Shown: positions 8,469 to 17,375 of the stretch, in pieces
How the letters are laid out: the number at the start of each line of letters is the position of its first letter
Numbering within the stretch: position 1 is the first letter of the stretch
DNA from: a virus
Lineage: Duplodnaviria; Heunggongvirae; Uroviricota; Caudoviricetes
DNA: 27,607 nucleotides
Strand: one strand, 5' to 3'
Virus record (IMG/VR): IMGVR_UViG_3300030029_000205
Notes under the pieces: generated by a model
What the model was told of the DNA's origin: nothing
Databases searched by the model: none
The model's input: the letters and a program-made list of their open reading frames with translations, nothing else
Made by a program: the position numbers and the translations under genes

Positions 8469-9117
8469 TACTCATAGAGTAGGAGGAGCTCTAAGTTGTT
8501 TATTAGGGTACACAATATTGTATAATAAAGGTATGATAATGCAAGATGTAAATCCTTTATTACAGTTAACTGTTATGTACCCTTTTGCAATATATGGTTC
8601 AGTGGTATCTGATTTGGACCATAATTGGAATTCTGCTCCAGCTAAAGACCCAATAAGTAAGGGTATAAATGGTTTATTACATTTAACAACGGGTATAAGA
8701 AAGAAGACGGGTAGTAAAAACCCTATACTAAGTGTGTTAGATGCAAAGCACAGAAGTTGGCAAACCCATTCAGACTTATTCTTGTTTATGTTTGTTTTTT
8801 TAGGAATATGGTTGTGTAGTGGAACTGTTGTAAATGCAAATCTAATAATACTAAAGTTAGTATCGATTGGTTTTATTTTAGGTTTAATTAGTCATTTAAT
8901 ATTAGATTCCCTGACTCCTCAGGGAATCTGGTGTATTATACCATCTATAATTGGTAGAAAGAAGGTTGCATTTCGATTAGTACCGAGAACGAAGTTCTTT
9001 GCTACAGGCGGTTCGTGGGAGGTTTTAATTAGAACAGTAATGTATATTTCTATAATTATTTTAGGTATATACATAGTTTACACTATGAGCCCTTATAGAG
9101 TAAGTTTTAAGTCTTAA
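8458..9117 (+). CDS. YdjM-family (LexA-binding, inner-membrane) metal-dependent hydrolase
   Basis: Motifs G-x-TH at the N-terminus, GS..SDLDH, HRSWQTHS and SHLILDSLT..G, plus several TM segments. Overlaps the upstream gene by 11 bp; SD AAGGAG. Confidence 0.85.
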   Translation: MQGNTHRVGGALSCLLGYTILYNKGMIMQDVNPLLQLTVMYPFAIYGSVVSDLDHNWNSAPAKDPISKGINGLLHLTTGIRKKTGSKNPILSVLDAKHRSWQTHSDLFLFMFVFLGIWLCSGTVVNANLIILKLVSIGFILGLISHLILDSLTPQGIWCIIPSIIGRKKVAFRLVPRTKFFATGGSWEVLIRTVMYISIIILGIYIVYTMSPYRVSFKS

Positions 9118-9152
9118 TGTAAGGGTACAAATTTATAAAGGAGGAAAATTCT

Positions 9153-10025
9153 ATGCTCAGATGTGTAAATAAGCAAAATAAGGTTATTGTTCGGTTGGTT
9201 GCAGTCGTAATGTCGTTGCTTATGATGCTGTTTATAGGAGCAACATCTGTATTTGCAGCGACTGATAGTTCTCAGGATGCATTAGCTAAGAAAGAATTAA
9301 CAACTTATGTAAGTTCACAGTTGAGTCAGAAGGAATATGCTGTTGAAGGTGGCGGAACGATGAAGGGTAGTGACCTTTTCACTGGTTCAGCATCCACAGG
9401 GTATGACTTAGATGAAGCTAAGTTTAATAAGTTGAATAGTGCAGCTCAGACAGAACTCGTTACGGATATCGCAAACAAGTCTTATGAAGCTGAAGACAAG
9501 AAAGAGAAGATTTCTGAAGAGACAGTACAGAACTGGTGGAAAGAACTTCAAACTAAGAAGGGTGCAGGTTCTAAGTTCTTGAATGTTATTCTTGAAAATA
9601 CAAAACCTGACTTTGTTACTGCGAATGCGATTTATGCACCATTCAGCGGTATCTTAGGTACAGTAATGGGTATCATTGCTGTTGTAGGTATGGCATTGTT
9701 AGGTGTTGTACTTGTAGCGGATATTTTCTACATTGTTATTCCACCTGTTAGAATGCTTGTATCTGACGAGCAGACAGGCGATGGAAGAGGTAGCAGAAAG
9801 GGTGCATCTAAGATTTTCTCTAACGATGCTATTTATGCTATTCAGGTTGCTGAAGAGTCAAATGATGCAGGTGGTAGTAAGAAGCAGGCTCTTGGTGTTT
9901 ACTTAAAGAGAAGAATTCCTATGTTAATTCTCTTAGGTATATGTTTACTCTATCTCGTACAAGGACAAATCTATACATTTGTAGGATGGGTACTCGACAT
10001 CGTATCAGGATTCCTCGGTTTCTAA
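9153..10025 (+). CDS. Signal-peptide membrane protein, pilin/VirB2-like hydrophobic hairpin family, paralog 2
   Basis: Strong SD AAAGGAGG and signal peptide ending SVFA. Motifs PFSGILGTVMG...DIFYIVIPP, SNDA and YLKRRIPMLILLGICLLYL. Confidence 0.6.
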   Translation: MLRCVNKQNKVIVRLVAVVMSLLMMLFIGATSVFAATDSSQDALAKKELTTYVSSQLSQKEYAVEGGGTMKGSDLFTGSASTGYDLDEAKFNKLNSAAQTELVTDIANKSYEAEDKKEKISEETVQNWWKELQTKKGAGSKFLNVILENTKPDFVTANAIYAPFSGILGTVMGIIAVVGMALLGVVLVADIFYIVIPPVRMLVSDEQTGDGRGSRKGASKIFSNDAIYAIQVAEESNDAGGSKKQALGVYLKRRIPMLILLGICLLYLVQGQIYTFVGWVLDIVSGFLGF

Positions 10026-10050
10026 GGTGTGATATTTGATTAAAATTATG

Positions 10051-10083
10051 AAGGGTTCAGTTTTACCGCTGAACCCTTTATTT
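10051..10083 (+). terminator. Intrinsic terminator hairpin 1 of a tandem pair
   Basis: Stem AAGGGTTCAG / CTGAACCCTT with an 8-nt loop, followed by TATTT. Confidence 0.75.
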
Positions 10084-10130
10084 CACTTACAGGGTAAAAG
10101 CAGATTAAGATTTAATTATAATATCTACTT

Positions 10131-10168
10131 TAAAGGCTTCAGTTTATTGCTGAAGCCTTTATTTTATT
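10131..10168 (+). terminator. Intrinsic terminator hairpin 2 of a tandem pair
   Basis: Stem TAAAGGCTTCAG / CTGAAGCCTTTA with a 7-nt loop, followed by TTTTATT. Confidence 0.75.
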
Positions 10169-10240
10169 GATATCTGATACCATTTTTATAGAAGATTTTA
10201 AATAGTATAATACTTATATGTTATAGGGAGGTAATATCCT

Positions 10241-11032
10241 GTGAAAAATACTTTTAAATATATCATAGTAGCGGTAATAATGGTATTATCTTGCTTTATG
10301 ATGTCCTTTTCGGTTTATGCTAAAGATGTAAGTGTAGATGCTACTATAACTTTGCAAAAAAGTAGTGCAGAGGTAGCTAATGTATGTTCTCAAGCAAACA
10401 GGTCAGTGGATATGAGAGGTTCAAAAGCTATTCTATCCTATTCTACATCGAGTGGGCAGAATGTATTAAAGTTTAGCAATAAGAATTATAGTACATTAAA
10501 AGCTGAAGATAAAAGAACTTTTATGGAGACGGCATTATCAGCTACAACAAAGACTGGTTTAACTCCTAAAGTAAAAAATAAAGTTTATAACTTTATAGCA
10601 AGTCAAGATGAACCTGTTACCAATGCTATGAAGTATCTTCAGACAGATTCTAATGCTGATTTCGTAGAGGCTAAAAAGTGGTTTTCTCCTTTCAGTGGGG
10701 TAATAGGAACTATATTAGGTGTATTATGTGTAGCAATATTTATGTTTGCAGGGTTTAGTGTTATTTTTGATATAGTATATCTTGTTTTACCAGGGGTGCA
10801 GGCTGTTCTTGAAAGAGGAGAAGAGAATAAAAGACCTTTTGGTGTAAGTAGAGAAGCTTACACTGCTCTCAAAGATTCAGAAAAAGATAATGAGTATCGA
10901 AATGTAATTGCTATTTATATGAAGAGAAGATTAGGTTTAATTCTTTTAATGAGTATATGCCTAACTTATCTTATAAGTGGTAAAATCTATGATGTGGTTA
11001 TGTTCTTTGTAGATGCATTTTCATCTATATAG
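10241..11032 (+). CDS. Signal-peptide membrane protein, pilin/VirB2-like hydrophobic hairpin family, paralog 3
   Basis: GTG start with SD AGGGAGG and signal peptide ending SVYA. Motifs PFSGVIGTILG...DIVYLVLP, SREA and YMKRRLGLILLMSICLTYL. Confidence 0.6.
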   Translation: MKNTFKYIIVAVIMVLSCFMMSFSVYAKDVSVDATITLQKSSAEVANVCSQANRSVDMRGSKAILSYSTSSGQNVLKFSNKNYSTLKAEDKRTFMETALSATTKTGLTPKVKNKVYNFIASQDEPVTNAMKYLQTDSNADFVEAKKWFSPFSGVIGTILGVLCVAIFMFAGFSVIFDIVYLVLPGVQAVLERGEENKRPFGVSREAYTALKDSEKDNEYRNVIAIYMKRRLGLILLMSICLTYLISGKIYDVVMFFVDAFSSI

Positions 11033-11051
11033 GTTAAAGGAGTGAATTTTA

Positions 11052-14000
11052 ATGCATTCAAAAATAAAGAGAATACTAAGTTGTGTCTTAGTGGCGGTAA
11101 TAGTATTCAGTAGTTTGATTGTATCGGGTAATTTGGTTTTTGCAGATTCTAATGATAGGATTGCAACATACATTAAACTTGCTAAAGATGGTAAAGTTAC
11201 TGATGGTAATACCGATGGTATGACAGAAGACCAGCTGAGATTCTTAGGGGTATATTTATCAAACTTCTATATTCCTTTTGGAACTGAAATAGGTACAAGT
11301 GCCAATAGTGAGATAGAAAAAACTACTCAAACAGATATGGTTGATACTTTAAAACAAAAATTTGCTTTTTCTGATGAATTAGCAACTTCTATTGTAGAAA
11401 CTATATATGGCTATACAAGAAGTTCCTTAAAAGATTTAAAATTCTATGTAAAAACGAGTGATAATGATTACATTATTGTACCATTTGAGTGTAATTACTA
11501 TAGATATTTTGAAGTAATGTGTGGTAGAACAGATGCAATGTTAGAAGGTACAATTTCTGATTTATCTGGTGTAACAAGTAAAGGTACTCCTGATGATTCA
11601 GGAAAATATGACGACTCGGACTCTTGCTATACAGGTATGCAGATAATAGGTAAAGGTAGTTATCAGAGTGAGCGATACCCAAAGGAGAAACTGAATGCCT
11701 TGTGTAAAAATATAGGTTGGGGTACTAATGTTTTAAGTTTAAAAGCAGATGATAGAAAACTATTGGGTATAATATATAAGTTGCGTTGTGGTAGCTTTGA
11801 TAAGATTTATTTGGGTTATACAGATAAAAGTGGTAAAACTCAAATAGTAGGTGATGCTTATACAAAGCAAAGATATGACAATGAAGGTCATGAATTTCCT
11901 ATTGTTCAGGATACAAATGTGGTAGGTTTAGCAAACTATTCTCCATCCCAGATAGCTTTTTTCAAATCTTTAGAGTCAACAAATCAGTTAACAAAAGGGT
12001 ATGGTACAGCAATTTTTGATTTATCAACGGCTGATACAGATTTTGCAAAACTGAATTCAAAGGCTTTAGATGGTACTATAACTGGTGAAGAAGCAAGTAA
12101 GATGTCTATGTTTAATGCAACAATGAAAGTAGACTGCTTTGGAGATATAGTAAGATTTGGTGCAAATCATAAAGTAATAGTTACACCAGGCTGTATGAAT
12201 CCCTATATGTGGCAACCAGTTGATGCTCAGGGTAATGATAGTGGAGAAGCAGGTTCCATGTTCAACATAGCGAACGCTGTTTGTATGGCTCAAGCAGCCA
12301 TAACTCAAGGGGTATCTGATGGTAAAAGTGTTTTAGTTAAGTCTGCAAACAAAGATGATTACCTTTTTAATTTTGAAAGTTTGAACAAAGGAATAAACAA
12401 TATGAAAACCACAGGTATTGGTTTTAATAGTAATGCTAATATAGCTATGAGAATAATATCTGGTTCATCTGAGTGTGATATTGAGAAAAATATTAATGAC
12501 TTTTGGAAACTTTTTTATAAAGAGTATAAAAATAGTGGTAATACTGGTTTTACATTATTTGGAACTTTGTTTCAGTATTGGAATGATACAACAAGAAATG
12601 TAACTATAGCTGTACCGAGAAGTAACTACTATAATAAGGGTAATCATTATGCAGGTGTTGTACAGACGCATACTCTTCATCCATTGAAAAAAGTTGTATT
12701 CATAGATAATCTTGGAGCTTATGTAAAGGAAGATGGTTCTCTTGAAGATTATAATACTTTTAATGTTGCAGATTTTTTAAATGATAATGGTTTAATTACT
12801 GATAGCTGTAATACAGTATCATTTGGTAAAGAGGATTTTGATAGTCTTTATTCATCAATAGAAGATGGTAAGATGGACGTTCCATCTGGTGCATCTGAGC
12901 AGGCTTTATGTACTTTGTATGTAACATATTGTTGGGCAAGTTTATATACAGAGGAAAATAAAGCAAATACAATAGGCAGATTAGGGTATAGAATGAATAC
13001 AGAAGATTTCCCAGATATGAGTAACTCTCCTATTAGTTTTGGTAGTTTATTTTCAGGTGGCGAAGATGCTCAGTTAACAGACATTAAGAATTGGATTTAC
13101 TATATCTTACATCCAACTGAAGGTTTTGATTATTTTAGAATTTTAATTACTAATAAAGTAAATCATCTGCTGTTAGGTTGGCATAATGATATGACGGGTA
13201 CTAACGGAGTAGGTATTACAACAGGTACTACAAAATACCGAAGTGCTATGGGTTATGTTACGATGCCAGATTTATCCGAGATACAATGGACAAATTCTCT
13301 AATAAATTTCTATAATAATTGTGTTCCATTCTTAATTGTAATACTAATTATTCTAATGGTATTTGCGTTTATAACCGGCATATTAGATATACAGCACGCT
13401 ATAGTAGGGGTATTGATATTTGCGGTGTTTACTCTGATGCCAGTTAACTTGATAAATGGGGTAGTAGGTCAAAGTAATAGAATATCTCAAAACATATATG
13501 GTGATAAGTTTACATATTGGGCATTAGTTCAGCAAGAATCATATGCAACGGTTATTGATGAAGCAGCTAATGCGAAGGGTTCTTCAGGTGAGAGTACTTA
13601 TGAAAATTATTTGAGAACTCTATATTCAGCTAATGAGTCAGTATATAACAATCAGGGTAATGAGAGTATCTTGTTAAAGTGGCAAGCTCCTAAGAAAATG
13701 GCATCTTTAGTATTGACTGAAGAAGATGCAAATTCTTTGAGCGGTTTAAATGAAACAGGTCAGAAAATGTTAAGTGGTATGCTTAATAAGACTTATAGTG
13801 GAGAAAGCTATATAGATGATGAAGAGTCTGTATATATGTATAGAAGCTATTTAGATATAACTAATTTTAGTAGGTATATTTATAATGGTATTGATAAGAA
13901 GTATGTATCCAGTAGGAATTCCTTATCTTCAATTAATACTAAAAATTGGCATTCATTTAGTGATTCAAAAGGTAATTTGATAAAGTCTAAGCATACTTTA

Positions 14001-16286
14001 GAGTCAGAGTACTCCGATTATATATCCAGTGGGTATAATAATGGAACAAATTTTGGCAGTGAAAAAGATTTAAGTAAGACTTATTATTTAACAGTACCTC
14101 TATCCAGTAATATTATTAATGATGCCTTATCAGAGTATGGTAAAATTGGAAAGTATAAAGATACTTCTGATTTAATACCTGTAAATTCTGATGTATTTAA
14201 CTTTGGAGTTCCAATGTTTACAAAGAATAAAAAAGGTTTTAATTATAATACTTTAGCAGCTACAGGTATGATTACAGAAACTGAGAGAAAGAATGCTTTA
14301 AAGAACTATATGGCAAAATATACTTCTGAAGAAGATTATGTAGGTCTTGCAGCATACGGTTTGTATTCTGAAAACCCGTATTATTATTTTTCTTGGAAGT
14401 TGTATGAAGATGGATTGGACTCAGATAGTTCTTTAAGTGGTTCTACTGGATTTAAAAATCTTCTTTTAGGTAAAGAAGAGGGTGGATATTTCTACAACAC
14501 AGATGGTAATGGTGGTTTAAAAGACTTTATGAATATGAGAGGTTTGTTTACTTACATTATTCCTTATATGAAGCAGTGCAATGATATTGTTAGAGAGTGG
14601 GATAGCACTTATGGTATTTTTGTATATGATGGTGTTCCTACGGAGGAAGGTCATTGGAGTGAAGTAGAAAATGACCCAGAATTAAAGCAGAAGTATTGGC
14701 ATAATTTAAATGTATCAAGGTTATATAATCTGTACTGCCCATGGGTAGATGTGATGTATGACTGCTCTTACTCTGAAGCGGAAAATATAACGGTAATGGG
14801 CAAAAGAGTTACTATTGAAGACCCATTAAATCCTAATAGTTATCCTGCTGATAGACCAATGATTTTCTCAGAAAGTGAAATGTCTGACTATGGTTTATCT
14901 GAGGCTGATTTAACAAAGGCAGAAAAACTCATCTTAAGGTGTAATGAACAGTTCCAGGAAAGACTGTATGAAATGTTAAATTATTATAACTTTAGTGATG
15001 TTACTCTTGATTCAGCAGCAGCTATGAATTGTGCTTTTGTATTTAATAATACATTCAGTGAGAATGGATTATTTACTGAAAACCATAATATTTATCCGCA
15101 GTCTTTTGACTTGGCTAATTTCTCTTATGATGCATTCTTAAGGTTTATACTTTCAAATGCTACAGGTGAGAGTATGTTAGAATCAACAGCAGGTGGAAAT
15201 GGTACATCAACAGGTACAACTTCTGGTGATTTTTATGAAAGATTAGTAAATAGGTCAAGTATAGTTACAATACTTATTATGTTAGTGTTAGATGTGGTAA
15301 GTATTTATGTAATACCTGCATTCAGGATATTCTTCTTGGTAGCATTATTCTTGCTATCTATAATGTTAGTATTAGTGTCAGCATTTAGGATAGAAGATAG
15401 TATGAAGTTTATACGAAAGATACTAATGCAATTTTTGTTACCTTTGGGAGTATTCTTTGGTGCGACGATAGCGTTTTCTTGGGTAGTATCATTATTTATG
15501 GGAGTGGGTAGTGATAGTGTTACTCAGTCTAATAAACTACAGATATCAATGGGTGACCCTGTTGTTACTATGTTATGTATGTTAGCTTTGAATATATTGT
15601 TGTTGATAGTATATTGGAAGGTACTTAAACAGGCATTGAAAGATATTGCTCATCACGCTAAATTATTGAAGGGCTTTGGAGCAGCTGTAGTAGGAGCTGG
15701 GGTAGGTTTTGTAGCAGGAGCGGTTGCATCTGGTGTAAATGGTGCACAAGATGTGGGTAGCAGAGCTATAAATGGCTATAGAAGGCATAAATTTAATAAG
15801 CGTGCTGATAAAGATAGTGAATCTTTAGAGAGAATAGCAAATAATTCTGAAGCAGCTCAGCAGGGAACAGGTGTAGAAAACTCAAGAGCAAATACCAGAG
15901 GAGCAAGTGATGCATCTGCAAACAGTGAGGAGATTCCAAGTGTTAGAGATGCAAGTAGGGATAGAAGAGATTCTAATGTTTCCAGTGAGGATAAACAATC
16001 TAACTTTAAGGATAAGAAGGATTCTATTGATTCTAAGGCAGAAAATGGAGCAGATATAAATAAATCTGATAAGTCTAAGCCTGAAAAGAATGTTGCTCAA
16101 AATGGTAATAAACCTGAAAAAGTTGATACCAGAGGTTCAAAAGAATCATCTTCTTCGGAGGAGAGAATAAGAAACCGTCAGAGAGTTAGAAGGGAGTCAA
16201 ACAAACAAACTCCAGCAAGAGCTGAAAAGAACCCTAATAACGAGTCAAAGTCCTCTAAGGATATTGATAAGAAGACTGAAAAGTAA
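11052..16286 (+). CDS. Giant polytopic membrane protein (1744 aa), extended VirB6/TrbL-like candidate
   Basis: SD AAAGGAG and signal peptide ending LVFA. A ~720-aa soluble region, 2 TM segments (~13320-13460), a ~600-aa soluble region, about 4 more TM segments (~15260-15620), a Gly/Ala-rich segment and a charged disordered tail. The VirB6 call rests on architecture and context only. Confidence 0.55.
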   Translation: MHSKIKRILSCVLVAVIVFSSLIVSGNLVFADSNDRIATYIKLAKDGKVTDGNTDGMTEDQLRFLGVYLSNFYIPFGTEIGTSANSEIEKTTQTDMVDTLKQKFAFSDELATSIVETIYGYTRSSLKDLKFYVKTSDNDYIIVPFECNYYRYFEVMCGRTDAMLEGTISDLSGVTSKGTPDDSGKYDDSDSCYTGMQIIGKGSYQSERYPKEKLNALCKNIGWGTNVLSLKADDRKLLGIIYKLRCGSFDKIYLGYTDKSGKTQIVGDAYTKQRYDNEGHEFPIVQDTNVVGLANYSPSQIAFFKSLESTNQLTKGYGTAIFDLSTADTDFAKLNSKALDGTITGEEASKMSMFNATMKVDCFGDIVRFGANHKVIVTPGCMNPYMWQPVDAQGNDSGEAGSMFNIANAVCMAQAAITQGVSDGKSVLVKSANKDDYLFNFESLNKGINNMKTTGIGFNSNANIAMRIISGSSECDIEKNINDFWKLFYKEYKNSGNTGFTLFGTLFQYWNDTTRNVTIAVPRSNYYNKGNHYAGVVQTHTLHPLKKVVFIDNLGAYVKEDGSLEDYNTFNVADFLNDNGLITDSCNTVSFGKEDFDSLYSSIEDGKMDVPSGASEQALCTLYVTYCWASLYTEENKANTIGRLGYRMNTEDFPDMSNSPISFGSLFSGGEDAQLTDIKNWIYYILHPTEGFDYFRILITNKVNHLLLGWHNDMTGTNGVGITTGTTKYRSAMGYVTMPDLSEIQWTNSLINFYNNCVPFLIVILIILMVFAFITGILDIQHAIVGVLIFAVFTLMPVNLINGVVGQSNRISQNIYGDKFTYWALVQQESYATVIDEAANAKGSSGESTYENYLRTLYSANESVYNNQGNESILLKWQAPKKMASLVLTEEDANSLSGLNETGQKMLSGMLNKTYSGESYIDDEESVYMYRSYLDITNFSRYIYNGIDKKYVSSRNSLSSINTKNWHSFSDSKGNLIKSKHTLESEYSDYISSGYNNGTNFGSEKDLSKTYYLTVPLSSNIINDALSEYGKIGKYKDTSDLIPVNSDVFNFGVPMFTKNKKGFNYNTLAATGMITETERKNALKNYMAKYTSEEDYVGLAAYGLYSENPYYYFSWKLYEDGLDSDSSLSGSTGFKNLLLGKEEGGYFYNTDGNGGLKDFMNMRGLFTYIIPYMKQCNDIVREWDSTYGIFVYDGVPTEEGHWSEVENDPELKQKYWHNLNVSRLYNLYCPWVDVMYDCSYSEAENITVMGKRVTIEDPLNPNSYPADRPMIFSESEMSDYGLSEADLTKAEKLILRCNEQFQERLYEMLNYYNFSDVTLDSAAAMNCAFVFNNTFSENGLFTENHNIYPQSFDLANFSYDAFLRFILSNATGESMLESTAGGNGTSTGTTSGDFYERLVNRSSIVTILIMLVLDVVSIYVIPAFRIFFLVALFLLSIMLVLVSAFRIEDSMKFIRKILMQFLLPLGVFFGATIAFSWVVSLFMGVGSDSVTQSNKLQISMGDPVVTMLCMLALNILLLIVYWKVLKQALKDIAHHAKLLKGFGAAVVGAGVGFVAGAVASGVNGAQDVGSRAINGYRRHKFNKRADKDSESLERIANNSEAAQQGTGVENSRANTRGASDASANSEEIPSVRDASRDRRDSNVSSEDKQSNFKDKKDSIDSKAENGADINKSDKSKPEKNVAQNGNKPEKVDTRGSKESSSSEERIRNRQRVRRESNKQTPARAEKNPNNESKSSKDIDKKTEK

Positions 16287-16301
16287 TTCAAGGTAGGTGA
16301 T

Positions 16302-17282
16302 ATGCATATGGTAATATTATTGATAATTTGTTTATGGTTGATATCATTATCTATGCGTATCACTATAACGGGTATTAATTCTTTAGCTAAAGTAACTCAA
16401 AGAAAGGTAAATAATGAAGTAGAAGATAAAGAAACTAAAAAGGCAGTAAACACCACAGCTAATTTAGTAAAAAATACCTCTACAAGAGTATTAAAGGTAG
16501 CTAAATTATTGGTAGATGTATTAAAAAATGCTTTATCTGCTCTACTTCCTGCAATACTTGTTATGGATTTAATAGTTTTTCTATTATTGACAACTATTGC
16601 AGGTAGTTTTCTACTATTATTCAATGATGATGCAAACGCATCAACTTCAACGGGTAGGGGTATTACCTCAATAAGTACAGGTGTAGATAGTAATTCTAAT
16701 ACTTCAAATTCTTTAAAAGATGATTTTAAAGCTATAAATCAAAATCCTGAATTACCAACAGGTTGTGAGGTAACTTCTCTTACTATGGTGTTAAATCATT
16801 TGGGATTAGATATCAGTAAGAAAGATATGTGTGACTACTTGGATAAAGGTGCTGTAGGTGATACTGACCCAAAGGAAAAATTTGTTGGTGATCCTACTAA
16901 TAGTAGTTCATATGGTTGTTATTCACCTGTAATAGTTAAAGCAGCTAATAAATACTTAGAAAGTAAATCTTCAGAGTATAAAGCAAAAGATATTTCAGGT
17001 AAAAAACTTGATGATTTGTTTAGCTATATAGATGATGATAAACCTGTTATGGTATGGGGTACGGTAGACTGCAAAGAGGGTAGTTATACTGTAAGTTGGA
17101 CTATAAATGGTAAAACTGTTAAATGGTATGCTCCTGAGCATTGTATGGTATTGGTAGGTCATGATGATAATAATGTATGGGTAGCTGATCCTATGCATGG
17201 TGATGTAAGGTCTTATAAAAAGACAACTTTTAGCGATAGATACGATAAATTGGGGAAGCAGGCAGTGATTATAGAAAAATAG
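16302..17282 (+). CDS. Membrane-anchored C39-like (C39_2) cysteine peptidase
   Basis: NQNPELPTGCEVTSLTMVL (oxyanion Q and catalytic C), EHCMVLVGHD (H) and VWVADP (D). N-terminal hydrophobic segments and a Ser/Thr/Asn linker. Confidence 0.85.
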   Translation: MHMVILLIICLWLISLSMRITITGINSLAKVTQRKVNNEVEDKETKKAVNTTANLVKNTSTRVLKVAKLLVDVLKNALSALLPAILVMDLIVFLLLTTIAGSFLLLFNDDANASTSTGRGITSISTGVDSNSNTSNSLKDDFKAINQNPELPTGCEVTSLTMVLNHLGLDISKKDMCDYLDKGAVGDTDPKEKFVGDPTNSSSYGCYSPVIVKAANKYLESKSSEYKAKDISGKKLDDLFSYIDDDKPVMVWGTVDCKEGSYTVSWTINGKTVKWYAPEHCMVLVGHDDNNVWVADPMHGDVRSYKKTTFSDRYDKLGKQAVIIEK

Positions 17283-17313
17283 GAGCATTGTATTAAACAA
17301 TGTTCCTATTTTT
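17275..17313 (+). terminator. Intrinsic terminator, possibly bidirectional
   Basis: AAAAATAGGAGCATTGT / ACAATGTTCCTATTTTT with one G-U pair and a 5-nt loop; overlaps the stop codon of the peptidase gene. Confidence 0.7.
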
Positions 17314-17340
17314 GATTATATGTGGTTTTTGATAGATAAT
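17312..17340 (+). promoter_or_regulatory. Putative sigma70/SigA promoter for the downstream ATPase operon
   Basis: TTGATT (17312-17317), 17-bp spacer, GATAAT (17335-17340), lying just after a terminator and before SD GGAGG. Confidence 0.4.
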
Positions 17341-17375
17341 GCTATTTATACATATATGTTTTGGGAGGTTTATGT

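Noticed and set aside
10183..10211. Promoter for the 10241 operon (TATAAT at 10206-10211)
   Set aside because: The -10 is perfect but has no convincing -35 at 16-18 bp and no TG extension, so it is plausible but not supportable in AT-rich DNA.
11052..16286. Phage tape-measure or tail protein interpretation of the giant ORF
   Set aside because: It has a signal peptide and discrete TM bundles, lacks helical repeat periodicity, and no capsid, terminase or tail genes were recognised nearby.
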